Below are positions 45,499 through 55,357 of a stretch of 64,000 nucleotides of DNA, in pieces. The DNA is from an uncultured delta proteobacterium. GTDB lineage: Bacteria > Desulfobacterota > Desulfobacteria > Desulfobacterales > UBA2156. Location of the stretch: contig CAVTQK010000021.1 of the NCBI GenBank assembly GCA_963736855.1, forward strand, positions 687,464 through 751,463, written 5' to 3'. The number at the start of each line of letters is the position of its first letter. Within the stretch, counting starts at the first letter, position 1. The translations under genes and the position numbers were made by a program. Under the pieces are notes generated by a model. The model had not been told where the DNA came from, ran no database searches, and saw only the letters and a list, made by a program, of their open reading frames with translations.

Positions 45499-45759
45499 AT
45501 GTCGATGCCGATCTATGAATATCTTTGCAGTGATTGCAAGAAGACCACGGAAATCCTGGTCGCCCTGTCTGACAAACCCCCGGTCTGTCCGTCATGCGGA
45601 GGCACCCGGCTTGAAAAGCTCCTCTCGGCACATTCCGCATATTCCGGAGCCCATCGAAATCGGGTCCCCGGCCATTCGGACACAACCTGTTGCGGGTCCT
45701 CTCCGGGTGCGGCGTCATGCGCCGGGCCGGGAAGCTGCTGCGGGAAAAAGGAGGGATAA
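45499..45759 (+). CDS. FmdB-family zinc-ribbon protein
   Basis: MPIYEYLCSDCKK...CPSCGG motif, with a Cys/Gly-rich tail. Confidence 0.75.
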   Translation: MSMPIYEYLCSDCKKTTEILVALSDKPPVCPSCGGTRLEKLLSAHSAYSGAHRNRVPGHSDTTCCGSSPGAASCAGPGSCCGKKEG

Positions 45760-46134
45760 CCATCCGCATCCCAGTTGTTGTGTAATACAACCCACCTGTA
45801 GTTTTACTGTTGCACTTCGCGGATCCTGTCTTAGTTTCTGGTCAGCCACAAAGTGGTATAAGAAATCGTGATCCGATGATGCTCTCTCTGAGACCCAAAC
45901 TGAGCGATTTTTCACAATAAAATCCCACCCGGAGATAGTTGGATTGTGGTATATAAAGGTTGCAAAGCCAATTACTACCCAATCACAAAACAAACCCAAC
46001 GGGTGGAAGTGAATTCGATGGCACTCGTCGGCACCTGGAAGCGCTTTCAGCGGGCGATCTTTTGCCGGCCGTTCTATGAGAGCCGCCAAATGCTGAAAGA
46101 ACCATATATAAGAATCAAATAATGGAGGGAAAAA

Positions 46135-46653
46135 ATGAAAAAACTTTCTTTAATCCTTATAACCGGTTTTATGTTTTTGGTGATTCCATCAACCGTAAAT
46201 CCTGTTTTTGCAGGAAGTGAAAAGTTCGATGAAAAAATGCTGCCGATTCTTGCGGAATATCTTAAAATGGCAGACATGCTTGCTTCAGATAAGACAGAAG
46301 GAGTTGCCGATGCTGCGAAAAGAATTGAAGGTCTTGCCGGGAGCGTTTCATCTTCTCTTGTAACAGGTGAACATGCATCCCATTACAAGAGTATTCCAGG
46401 AAACATTTCAGACGGGGCAAAAAAAATGATTCAGGCAAAAGAGATAGCCGGCATGCGTTCAGCCTTTGTGAGTTTATCCAAGCCTGTTGTGATGTGGGCC
46501 GCCATGTCAAAGCCGTCAGGAATAAATGTAGTTTATTGCCAGGGGGATCCCGGGTCATGGCTGCAAAAGGGAGCGGTAATCCGCAACCCATACAATGGAT
46601 CCAAAAAGCTTGCATGCGGAGATATAATTTCAGGACCTGATGCAAAAAAATAA
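46135..46653 (+). CDS. secreted DUF3347-like protein (metal-efflux associated)
   Basis: Has a signal peptide (MKKLSLILITGFMFLVIPSTVNPVFA). Helical body LAEYLKMADMLASDK...AAKRIEGLA. It sits immediately upstream of the Cus-type genes. Confidence 0.5.
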   Translation: MKKLSLILITGFMFLVIPSTVNPVFAGSEKFDEKMLPILAEYLKMADMLASDKTEGVADAAKRIEGLAGSVSSSLVTGEHASHYKSIPGNISDGAKKMIQAKEIAGMRSAFVSLSKPVVMWAAMSKPSGINVVYCQGDPGSWLQKGAVIRNPYNGSKKLACGDIISGPDAKK

Positions 46654-46676
46654 TATAATCCGGCAGGGAGGATCCC

Positions 46677-47975
46677 TTGAAAGTAAATATAATTTTCAGG
46701 CTTTTCGTTATATTGATGCTGCTGTTTTCCGTTTATTCCGGAAACAGCGATGCTTCCGACAAGCCGGAAGACGGTTTATTGGCGCCGCCTGTTGAAGAGC
46801 TTGTTGCCGAAGCGCTTGAGAAGTCGCCTGCTGTCGGGGCCGCCCGCTCAAGGTTTGCCGCATCAAAGGAGCTTGTTGAACCTGCTTCAGCTCTTCCCGA
46901 CCCTGAGCTTGAATTTTTACTTGAGGAAAATATACGCTCTGTTTCGTCGCCGGTTTTCGTAAAAGGAGAGATTGTATTGAAGCAGGAATTTCCCTTTCCG
47001 GGAAAGCGCTCTCTGAAGAAAAAAACTGCCGGCGCAGAATCGGAGATGGAATTTGCCGGCCTTGTTGACATTGAAAGGCAGGTTACAAGGGATATTCGCA
47101 TCGTTTATGCCAGACTCTATGCGCTTGACAACGAAGCCGGGGCTCTTGATGTCGCAAGAGAGCTTATAAAAATGCTGGAGGCAACGGCTGGCGTTCGTTA
47201 TAGCACAGGCGAAGGAGAGCAGGAATCACAGATAAAGGCCCAGCTTGAATCATCCCGCATCCTCGAACGGATGGCAGATATCGCAGCTGAGCGAAAGGAA
47301 ACGGCAGCCGGATTAAACAGGCTGCTTGGCCGCTCTGGCAATTTCTCGGTGGGAAAAATTATTTCACTTCCCGCAGTTTCTTTGCGGCAGGAAGGATTAC
47401 AGAGGCTGGAAGAGCTTGCCCATGCAAACGCCCCGGCTCTTTTTTTGAAAAAAGCCGCCGTAAAAGCTGCGGAATACAGGCTCGAAGCAGCCGACCTTGA
47501 TTTCTGGCCGGATTTTTTCGCGGGAGTCGGAATAGGTTTTGACGATGAATATGATCCTATGGCTCTTCTCTCCTTTGGACTTACTCTTCCCCTATGGCAA
47601 AACAGTAAACAAAAGCCCCTTAAACGAGCTGCAGCGCATAAGTTTGACGAAGCCAGAAAAAATCTTAAAGAAATTGAAACGGCTGTTAGTTCGGAAATCG
47701 CCGTTCTTATTGCCCGGTGGAACCGGGACCACGAACAGATCACACGGTACAGGGATGCTATTATCCCCCAGACTAGCGCAGCCCTCAATTCGGCGCGCTC
47801 TTCCTATCTCGCGGGTCGCGCAGATTTTTCAGTCGTTATTGAGGATTATAGGTTATGGCTTGATGCAAGAACACAGCTTGCCCGGCGCGAAGCGGATAGA
47901 TTCATCACCTGGGCCGGATTTGATGCCCTGACAGCCCCTTTCCTGTCGGATGAAAAGAAAGGAGAATTGCCGTGA
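46677..47975 (+). CDS. cusC: TolC-family outer membrane efflux protein (CusC-like)
   Basis: 432 aa. TTG start with a GGGAGGA RBS. Has a signal peptide and TolC-type repeats (LVAEALEKSPAV..., LNSARSSYLAGRADF). Confidence 0.75.
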   Translation: MKVNIIFRLFVILMLLFSVYSGNSDASDKPEDGLLAPPVEELVAEALEKSPAVGAARSRFAASKELVEPASALPDPELEFLLEENIRSVSSPVFVKGEIVLKQEFPFPGKRSLKKKTAGAESEMEFAGLVDIERQVTRDIRIVYARLYALDNEAGALDVARELIKMLEATAGVRYSTGEGEQESQIKAQLESSRILERMADIAAERKETAAGLNRLLGRSGNFSVGKIISLPAVSLRQEGLQRLEELAHANAPALFLKKAAVKAAEYRLEAADLDFWPDFFAGVGIGFDDEYDPMALLSFGLTLPLWQNSKQKPLKRAAAHKFDEARKNLKEIETAVSSEIAVLIARWNRDHEQITRYRDAIIPQTSAALNSARSSYLAGRADFSVVIEDYRLWLDARTQLARREADRFITWAGFDALTAPFLSDEKKGELP

Positions 47976-49291
47976 AGATAATCAATTATTCATGCAGGTG
48001 GAAAATCCTTTTTATCATTATCATTTTATTTTCCGTATTTTTGTGGGCCTGCGCCGAAAAAGATAAGTCTGCCGGAGAACAAAAAGCAAAGGCGGAAAAA
48101 CCTGCAAAGGTGGAAAGGAAAATACTTTTCTACCGCAACCCGATGGATCCATCGATAAGCTCTCCTGTTCCCGCCAAGGATGAGATGGGGATGGATTATA
48201 TACCCGTTTATACCGACGAGGTATCTCCGCCTGAAGAAAAAGAGGTTAAGGGGCTTGCAACTGTTACAATTGATGAAAAAGGAATACGTCTTGCCGGCAT
48301 TCAGACTGCGGAAGCTGTGAAACAGAAGCTGGAGGGAGATATCAGGGCCGTGGGCCTGGTAAAGGCCGACGAGACCCGCATGCGCCATGTCCACACGAAA
48401 AATTCAGGGTGGATAGAGAAACTTTACGTAAACACAACCGGTCAGCTTGTTAAAGCCGGCCAGCCTCTTTTGACCATCTACTCGCCGCAACTTCTTGCAA
48501 GCCAGGAGGAATTTCTGCGTGCCCGCGAAAACGCCATGAGCTTCGCAAGCTCTTCCATTCCTGAGGTTCGGAAAGGGGGTGAAGACCTTTTAAAAGCCGC
48601 AAGGAAAAGGCTGGAGCTGTTTGATGTTCCGGAAAGTTCTATAATGGAGATCGAAAAAACGGGTAAAACAAGCCGCACAGTCACACTGCTTGCTCCGGTT
48701 TCCGGTTTCGTGACCGTCAAACAGGTTTATGAAGGTCAGCAGGTTGAGCCTGGAATGGAACTTTTCACGATTACAGATCTTTCAACGGTATGGATTGAGG
48801 CCGATTTTTACGAGTTCGAATCAAATTTTGTCCGGGTCGGTCAGAAAGGGGTAATTTCGTTTGCCTATGATCCGAAAAGAGAAATGACGGGCCGTGTTTC
48901 CTATATCTATCCGTATCTTGATCCCCAGAGCCGCACATTGAGAGCCCGGTTCGAGTTTCAAAACAGCGATTTTTCCTTAAAGCCTGAAATGTTCGTGAAC
49001 GTTTCCATGAGAATTTTTACTCCCGAATCGGTCGTAATTCCCGATTCGGCCATAATGAATACGGGACTGCGCCAGATTGTGTTTGTGGGTATCGGTGGAG
49101 ACCGTTTCGAGCCGCGCGAAGTCAAAACCGGATATCGGAGCATCGGACTGGCTCAGGTCATCTCAGGAGTCAAAGCAGGAGAAAGGGTAGTTGTCAGGGC
49201 CAATTTCCTTCTTGATTCGGAATCCCGCTTGCGCGCCGCTATCCTGCAGTCCGCCGGAGCCGCAGGCAAGGAGGGCGGAGGTGGAAAATGA
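47972..49291 (+). CDS. cusB: efflux RND periplasmic adaptor subunit (CusB-like)
   Basis: 439 aa. YRNPMDPSISSPVPAKDEMGMDYIPVY is typical of CusB-type adaptors. It overlaps both neighbouring genes by 4 nt. Confidence 0.8.
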   Translation: MKIINYSCRWKILFIIIILFSVFLWACAEKDKSAGEQKAKAEKPAKVERKILFYRNPMDPSISSPVPAKDEMGMDYIPVYTDEVSPPEEKEVKGLATVTIDEKGIRLAGIQTAEAVKQKLEGDIRAVGLVKADETRMRHVHTKNSGWIEKLYVNTTGQLVKAGQPLLTIYSPQLLASQEEFLRARENAMSFASSSIPEVRKGGEDLLKAARKRLELFDVPESSIMEIEKTGKTSRTVTLLAPVSGFVTVKQVYEGQQVEPGMELFTITDLSTVWIEADFYEFESNFVRVGQKGVISFAYDPKREMTGRVSYIYPYLDPQSRTLRARFEFQNSDFSLKPEMFVNVSMRIFTPESVVIPDSAIMNTGLRQIVFVGIGGDRFEPREVKTGYRSIGLAQVISGVKAGERVVVRANFLLDSESRLRAAILQSAGAAGKEGGGGK

Positions 49292-52200
49292 TTCAGAAAA
49301 TCATAGAGTTTTCCGCAAAAAACCGCATCCTCGTCATCATGGGCGCAGTTGTGCTTGCGGTGATAGCTCTCTACACGCTCAAGAAAATCCGCCTCGATGC
49401 GCTTCCTGATCTTTCCGACACACAGGTCATCATATACTCGAAATGGGACCGCTCTCCGGATATCATAGAAGACCAGTTGACATATCCGATCATCACGGCG
49501 CTCCTTGGCGCCCCGAAAGTCAAAGCAATCCGCGGATTTTCCGATTTCGGATTCTCCTATGTTTATGTCATTTTCCAGGACGGAACAGATATCTACTGGG
49601 CGCGTTCAAGAGTTCTTGAATATCTTTCCAAGATACAGTCGCGCCTTCCCCAGGGTGTTCAGACAGAGCTGGGACCTGATGCCACAGGCGTCGGATGGGT
49701 GTTCCAGTATGCTCTTGTTGACCATTCCGGAAAACATTCTCTTGATCAGCTCCGATCTTACCAGGACTGGACTTTGCGGTATGCCGTGCAGTCCGTCCAG
49801 GGAGTTGCCGAGGTTGCGTCAATCGGCGGTTTTGTAAAACAGTACCAGATTACCGTTGATCCAAACCGGCTTGCGACATACGGGCTTTCTCTCGATGAAG
49901 TGATGGATTCCATCCGGAGCTCCAACAACGAGGTCGGGGGCAGACTTCTTGAATGGAGCGGGATTGAGTACATGGTGCGGGGTCGCGGATACGCCAGATC
50001 CCTGGGTGATTTCGAAAAGATAGTTGTAAAGACAGGACCGGGCGGAGTTCCGGTGCTTCTTTCCGATATAGGAAGAGTCGATCTGGGGCCTGAGTTGCGC
50101 AGGGGTGTTTCGGATCTTGACGGCCTCGGGGATACCGTCGGCGGCATTGTCGTGATGCGTCACGGAGAGAACGCCCTTAATGTCATAAACAGGGTCAAGC
50201 AGAAGATAAAGGAGATCGAGCCGTCGCTTCCGCAAGGAGTTGAAATAGTTGTTACCTACGACCGCTCCGATCTTATCCACAGGGCGCTTGCAACTCTTAA
50301 GGATAAACTTACCGAGGAGATGATAGTCGTGTCGCTTGTCATTCTTCTTTTCCTCTGGCATATTCCTTCGGCAGTTGTGCCCATTGTCACCATTCCGCTT
50401 TCCGTGCTTCTTGCATTTATCCCGATGTACCTTCTTGATATAAATGTGAACATCATGTCGCTTGCCGGCATAGCGATATCGATAGGCGTTCTTGTAGACG
50501 GAGCCATCGTGGAAGTTGAGAACGCATATAACAAAATCTATCACTGGCAGGCGGACGGGAGAAAAGGGGATTTTCACGGAGTGCGCCTCGAAGCGCTCAA
50601 GGAGGTCGGCCCTTCGGTATTCTTTTCGCTCCTTGTCATAGCGGTTGCATTTCTCCCTGTTTTTGCCCTTGTGGATCAGGAAGGAAGGCTCTTTAAACCT
50701 CTTGCTTACACTAAGACGCTTGCAATGGCGATTGCCGCGCTTCTGGCAATAACCCTTGATCCGGCTTTGCGGATGCTCTTTTCCCGGATTGATCCGTTTG
50801 CCTTCAGACCGAAATGGCTTGCATGGCTTGCAAATAAATTCTTTGTGGGGACATATTATCCTGAAGAGCGGCATCCGGTGAGCAGGGTTATATTCAAGAT
50901 TTACGAGCCTGTATGCAGATTCGTGCTGAAGCATCCGAAATCCATTATAGCATCTTCCGTTATTCTGGTTACATTGAGCCTTCCCGCCTATTTCAAACTC
51001 GGTTCGGAATTCATGCCCCCTCTCAAGGAAGGCAGCATCCTTTATATGCCGACCACTCTTCCCGGTATTTCGGTCGGCGCGGCGCAGGAGCTTCTCATAA
51101 CGCAGGACCGCGTATTAAAATCCTTCCCGGAGGTTGAAAGAGTTTTCGGAAAAGCGGGCAGGGCCGAAACATCAACCGATCCGGCCCCTTTTTCCATGAT
51201 GGAGACAACCGTTGTTCTGAAGCCGGAAAACGAATGGCGGCCCAAAGAAAGATGGTATTCTTCATGGGCGCCTGATTTTTTAAAAGTAATTATGCGCCCC
51301 ATATGGCCCGACACAATATCCTGGGAAGAGCTTATAAATGAGATGGACGCCGCTTTGCGCATTCCCGGCGTGACAAACGCATGGACCATGCCGATAAAGG
51401 CCAGGATCGATATGCTCTCTACAGGCGTGAGAACTCCGGTCGGAATAAAAATATCCGGATCGGACTTGAAGGAAATCGAACGGATAGGCGCCGGGCTTGA
51501 GACTATCATTAGGAATATACCGGGCACGAGAAGCGTTTACGCCGAGCGTGTGGCAGGCGGGTATTTTGTCGATTTCAACCCGCGCAGGGATCAGCTCGCC
51601 CGTTACGGCCTGACCATCGAAAAACTCCAGACGGTGATCATGAGCGCCATAGGCGGCGAAAACATAACGACTACGATCGAGGGGCGGGAACGGTACCCCG
51701 TCAATATAAGGTATCCGAGAGAACTGCGGGATGACATGGACAGGCTTGGGCGTGTTCTTGTCTCGACTCCGATGGGGACATCTGTGCCCCTGGCGCATCT
51801 TGCCGATATCGAAATCGTCGGGGGGCCTTCCATGCTGCGGGATGAAAACGGCTTTCTCACAGGCTATGTATATGTTGATATAACAGGGCGGGATATCGGG
51901 AGCTTTGTGGAAGAAGCAAAAAATGAGGTGGCAAAAAAGGTGGCTCTTCCCACAGGCTATGTACTGCAATGGAGCGGCCAGTATGAAAATATGCTGAGGG
52001 TGCGCGAACTGCTTAAAGTGATAGTTCCGATAACGCTCGTTCTGATATTTGTCCTCCTGTATATAAATACGAAATCGGCTTTCAAAGCGATGGTGGTCAT
52101 GCTTGCTGTTCCTTTTTCCGCCATCGGCGCAATCTGGCTCTTTTATTTTCTCGATTACAATGTTTCGATTGCCGCATGGGTCGGAATGATAGCGCTTCTC

Positions 52201-52527
52201 GGGCTCGACGCTGAAACGGGCGTATTCATGCTCCTCTTCCTCGATCTTTCATATGATTCCGCAAAAAAGGCTGGAATGCTGAATAATATCGGAGAGCTGG
52301 ACGAAGCGATAGTCCACGGTGCGGTCAAAAGGGTGCGCCCCAAGATGATGACGGTTGCCGCCGCATTTATGGGCCTTTTGCCGATCATGTGGTCAACGGC
52401 AACCGGCACGGATGTAATGAAAAGAATCGCCGCTCCCATGATAGGGGGCCTTGTAACATCATTTCTGCTGGAACTTATTGTGTATCCGGCAATTTATAAG
52501 TTGTGGAAAAGAAAGACTATTATTTGA
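49288..52527 (+). CDS. cusA: CusA/CzcA-family heavy-metal efflux RND permease
   Basis: 1079 aa. Has MIQKIIEFSAKNRILV, PDLSDTQVIIYSKW, FQDGTDIYWARSRVLEYL and LGPDATGVGWVFQYAL. Confidence 0.9.
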   Translation: MIQKIIEFSAKNRILVIMGAVVLAVIALYTLKKIRLDALPDLSDTQVIIYSKWDRSPDIIEDQLTYPIITALLGAPKVKAIRGFSDFGFSYVYVIFQDGTDIYWARSRVLEYLSKIQSRLPQGVQTELGPDATGVGWVFQYALVDHSGKHSLDQLRSYQDWTLRYAVQSVQGVAEVASIGGFVKQYQITVDPNRLATYGLSLDEVMDSIRSSNNEVGGRLLEWSGIEYMVRGRGYARSLGDFEKIVVKTGPGGVPVLLSDIGRVDLGPELRRGVSDLDGLGDTVGGIVVMRHGENALNVINRVKQKIKEIEPSLPQGVEIVVTYDRSDLIHRALATLKDKLTEEMIVVSLVILLFLWHIPSAVVPIVTIPLSVLLAFIPMYLLDINVNIMSLAGIAISIGVLVDGAIVEVENAYNKIYHWQADGRKGDFHGVRLEALKEVGPSVFFSLLVIAVAFLPVFALVDQEGRLFKPLAYTKTLAMAIAALLAITLDPALRMLFSRIDPFAFRPKWLAWLANKFFVGTYYPEERHPVSRVIFKIYEPVCRFVLKHPKSIIASSVILVTLSLPAYFKLGSEFMPPLKEGSILYMPTTLPGISVGAAQELLITQDRVLKSFPEVERVFGKAGRAETSTDPAPFSMMETTVVLKPENEWRPKERWYSSWAPDFLKVIMRPIWPDTISWEELINEMDAALRIPGVTNAWTMPIKARIDMLSTGVRTPVGIKISGSDLKEIERIGAGLETIIRNIPGTRSVYAERVAGGYFVDFNPRRDQLARYGLTIEKLQTVIMSAIGGENITTTIEGRERYPVNIRYPRELRDDMDRLGRVLVSTPMGTSVPLAHLADIEIVGGPSMLRDENGFLTGYVYVDITGRDIGSFVEEAKNEVAKKVALPTGYVLQWSGQYENMLRVRELLKVIVPITLVLIFVLLYINTKSAFKAMVVMLAVPFSAIGAIWLFYFLDYNVSIAAWVGMIALLGLDAETGVFMLLFLDLSYDSAKKAGMLNNIGELDEAIVHGAVKRVRPKMMTVAAAFMGLLPIMWSTATGTDVMKRIAAPMIGGLVTSFLLELIVYPAIYKLWKRKTII

Positions 52528-53429
52528 ATCGATTTGAAGAACAAGGCGAATGTGTATTAGACAAACAAACAGGCCTGGTATGGACTAAAAATGCTTCTTT
52601 GTCGGATTTTCCCATGACGTGGACTGAGGCGTTCACCTTTATCAAAAATTTGAATCATTCAGTCCTCTATGGCTTTGGCGATTGGAAGCTGCCGAATCGC
52701 AGAGAATTGTTCAGCATAATAAGCCATGAAACGATTCACCCGAGCCTGCCCCCCTTTCATCCGTTTGTTAATGTATTTTCCGGTTACTATTGGACTTCAA
52801 CCAGCTGCGCCAGACTTCCGGATCAAGCATGGTATATTCACTTAGGGGGAGCAAGAGTGTTTAAAGGGATGAAATACGGTTCCTATATGGTTTGGCCGGT
52901 TCGCCTGTCAGAAAATTTTAGCAAAGTGATTCAAACCGGACAACGGAATTGTTACAATGAACATGGTGGTATTATAGATTGTCAAAATACGGGCCAAGAC
53001 GGCGAGTTCAAGTCAGGCTTGTACTGCCATAAAAACCGTTTCACGGAAAATGCACATTTTATTACGGACAATGCTACAGGCTTAACATGGTTGAAAAATG
53101 CAAATCTTTTCAAGGACACGGTGGATTGGAAAACGGCTTTTGATTTGCTATCAAAGATGGACAAAGAAAGCACATCCGGTTACAATGATTGGCGATTGCC
53201 GAATATTGTGGAATTGGAGAGCTTGATAGATTCAGGCCGACATTCACCGGCGTTGCCGGTTGATCATCGATTTACTGATGTACAAAGCTATTATTGGTCT
53301 TCAACAACAAGCATGTATGAAACGAATTATGCATGGGTATTGTATATCACAGATGGAGCTGTTGGGGTCGGGCATAAACCATTATCAGAATTTTATCTCT
53401 GGCCCGTGAGGGGAAAAACAATAATTTGA
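52503..53429 (+). CDS. DUF1566 (Lcl C-terminal domain) protein, two repeats
   Basis: Has GLVWTKNASL...GFGDWKLPNRRELFSI and GLTWLKNANL...GYNDWRLPNIVELESL. GTG start overlaps the cusA end by 25 nt. No signal peptide is seen. Confidence 0.65.
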   Translation: MEKKDYYLNRFEEQGECVLDKQTGLVWTKNASLSDFPMTWTEAFTFIKNLNHSVLYGFGDWKLPNRRELFSIISHETIHPSLPPFHPFVNVFSGYYWTSTSCARLPDQAWYIHLGGARVFKGMKYGSYMVWPVRLSENFSKVIQTGQRNCYNEHGGIIDCQNTGQDGEFKSGLYCHKNRFTENAHFITDNATGLTWLKNANLFKDTVDWKTAFDLLSKMDKESTSGYNDWRLPNIVELESLIDSGRHSPALPVDHRFTDVQSYYWSSTTSMYETNYAWVLYITDGAVGVGHKPLSEFYLWPVRGKTII

Positions 53430-53532
53430 TAGCAGCCAACAAAGCCCTGCACTAAATTTTTACTTCACTGCTCTTTAAAGAACCAGAAAAGGTTAGGCGT
53501 TGCCGAGTTAGGCCGCTGACCAAAAGCTGATT

Positions 53533-53556
53533 CCATATCTTGGAAAGACAATATGA
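53533..53556 (+). repeat. partial fifth copy of the IS91-relic end repeat
   Basis: CCATATCTTGG (11/11) followed by A.AGACAAT matches 13499-13521 (CCATATCTTGGGGTACAGACAAT). It sits at the right edge of the cus block. Confidence 0.35.
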
Positions 53557-54360
53557 TTATTTTCGATAGCGCAGTTCATTGCGGATCGGATGGGGATGGA
53601 CCGTCTGATGGACGATCTCCCGGATCACTTTATATTCCTTGGGAGTGTGGACCAACCCCCTAACTACGACGGCCGGACCGTCGGAGAAAATATCCAGAGT
53701 GGGGATAAACACCTCCGAATGGGTTAAAATCCGGGCTTTGGCTTTGGCCGCCAGGGCCCGACCCTTCAACCGATGGTATCCCTCCGGCGTAGCCCGCATG
53801 TCCCACTCTTTCAGGATTTCCACCAAATTCCGGGTCACCTGTTCATAGGTTTGAATTCCGGTGTTATAAAGCAAGTCGTAATTTCCACTGTCTTCCAACT
53901 GTCTCCCGTAAATAGCCTGAATATAGCCTCTCCGGCTTTTATCGGTTTTTTCAATATACTCCTGGGCGGTTTTCCGGTCCTCCTCATACTGGCGCATCCG
54001 CCGTTCAATCCGGATTTCCATGGGGGCAAACATCCGCGCCTTTAAGACATGGGGGATATCGCAGAGTAGAAAGGCACTTCCTCTTCCTAAAATCACGGCC
54101 CGATCCCTGAAGGCCACCTCATAGATCGTGGCTTCGATCAGGGCAATAAAGGCGCGATACTCCAGATCGTATTTTTCCCAAAATGTGGGGCATTCCTCGT
54201 CCAATTCTTCAGCCAGTTTTCCCCATTTTTCACCGGCGGTTCTCAGGTTGCCATAGATGCCATGCCGGTCCACGAATTCATAGTTGAGCTCTTGGGCAAC
54301 GGCTTGTCCGATCTCAACGCAGCCGTTCTGATGCTCCCGGGAAAGTGTTAAAACGGCCAT
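53557..54360 (-). CDS. cytidylate kinase-like family protein with BON-like C-terminus
   Basis: 267 aa. The N-terminus MAVLTLSREHQNGCVEIGQAVAQELNYEFVDR is typical of the family. The tail VVVRGLVHTPKEYKVIREIV is BON-like. Confidence 0.55.
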   Translation of the reverse strand: MAVLTLSREHQNGCVEIGQAVAQELNYEFVDRHGIYGNLRTAGEKWGKLAEELDEECPTFWEKYDLEYRAFIALIEATIYEVAFRDRAVILGRGSAFLLCDIPHVLKARMFAPMEIRIERRMRQYEEDRKTAQEYIEKTDKSRRGYIQAIYGRQLEDSGNYDLLYNTGIQTYEQVTRNLVEILKEWDMRATPEGYHRLKGRALAAKAKARILTHSEVFIPTLDIFSDGPAVVVRGLVHTPKEYKVIREIVHQTVHPHPIRNELRYRK

Positions 54361-54366
54361 GGTCGT

Positions 54367-55122
54367 TCACTCCTTTTCATTTTCTGGAGAGCGTTCCCTT
54401 TCAGCCGAAATTCCCAATCTCTTTTCTTCCCTGCCGATCTTAATCCTCAGCCACAGCTTTCCGATTACCAGCACCCCCAGCAGACATGAGATCTCCAGGC
54501 CGTATCGTAAAGATACGGATGGCTGCAACACCTTGACGATAAAAGGATCGGTGATCATCATCTCGCCGGCCACCCGGCCGAGAATAGCGGCGCCGATGTA
54601 AAGAATGATGGGATATCGGTCTATCAACATGGAGAGGAGGTTGCTGGTAAAGACCACAAAGGGGATACTCAGGGCCAGCCCGAAGATCAGCAGAAACAGG
54701 TTGCCCTTGGAGGCTCCGGCGACCGCCAGTATATTGTCGGTGGACATGGTCAGGTCGGCGATGATAATGATCCAGATGGCATGGCCCAGAGTTTTGGCTT
54801 GCTTCCTCACATCCTCCTGCGGGGCCCCCTCCACGAACAGCTTGACGGCGATCCACAGGATGACCGCCCCGCCGATAAATTTGATAAAATTGAGCTGGAG
54901 GAGTTGGGCGGCAAAAAAGGTCAGGGTGACCCGAAGGATCACCGCCACCCCGGCTCCGAAGGCGATGCCGCGGGTTCGCTGCTTGCGAGGCAGGCCCCGG
55001 ACCGCCATGGCGATGACCACGGCGTTGTCCCCGGCCAGAATCAGATCGATGAGTACAACGCTCAGAAAACCGGATACAAATTCCCAGTTGAAATGAAACT
55101 GCCCAAATACGCCTAAGTCCAA
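54367..55122 (-). CDS. TerC-family integral membrane protein
   Basis: 251 aa. TTG start with an AAGGAGG RBS. Has LILAGDNAVVIAMAV and DNILAVAGA motifs. Confidence 0.85.
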   Translation of the reverse strand: MDLGVFGQFHFNWEFVSGFLSVVLIDLILAGDNAVVIAMAVRGLPRKQRTRGIAFGAGVAVILRVTLTFFAAQLLQLNFIKFIGGAVILWIAVKLFVEGAPQEDVRKQAKTLGHAIWIIIIADLTMSTDNILAVAGASKGNLFLLIFGLALSIPFVVFTSNLLSMLIDRYPIILYIGAAILGRVAGEMMITDPFIVKVLQPSVSLRYGLEISCLLGVLVIGKLWLRIKIGREEKRLGISAERERSPENEKE

Positions 55123-55357
55123 CCGAACGCCTCCTTATCCCGGGCTTTTCGAAGGGGACGCCACCGAAATGAGTTCCATCATCTTCGGAGCGGATATTTT
55201 TCATTAATGCCTTGAATGCATAAAGAGAACGATATTGGGAACCATACTAAAGTCTTGGCCTGAATGCCAAGAAAAACAGTTTCGGAGGCGGTAAAGAGCC
55301 GGAACAGGTTTTGGTTTGCCTGCGCTTTGTTTCAGGACATCGGCAGGTATGGAACCG

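Noticed and set aside
45901-45945. Possible inverted copy of the IS91-relic repeat at the left edge of the cus block (TTTCACAATAA shared with 10697-10707). Together with 53533 it would bracket the block like a transposon.
   Set aside because: A position-by-position alignment gives only ~21/40 identities outside the 11-mer. That is too weak to call without a statistical alignment.
45715-46089. 124-aa ORF on the minus strand in the gap between the FmdB gene and the cus block, and the 34-codon + strand ORF MALVGTWKRFQRAIFCRPFYESRQMLKEPYIRIK (46017-46121).
   Set aside because: There is no RBS and no recognisable motif. The minus-strand ORF overlaps the FmdB gene. I treat the 350-bp region as non-coding or unknown.
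55123-55357. Possible yybP-ykoY (Mn2+) riboswitch in the 5' leader of the TerC-family gene.
   Set aside because: I read the reverse strand of the leader and could not find the conserved GGGGAGUAG ... UUGACAU ... AAGACC elements. Only a short CTTGGC/GCCAAG hairpin (55254-55271) without a U-tract is present. A covariance-model scan (Rfam RF00080) would settle it.
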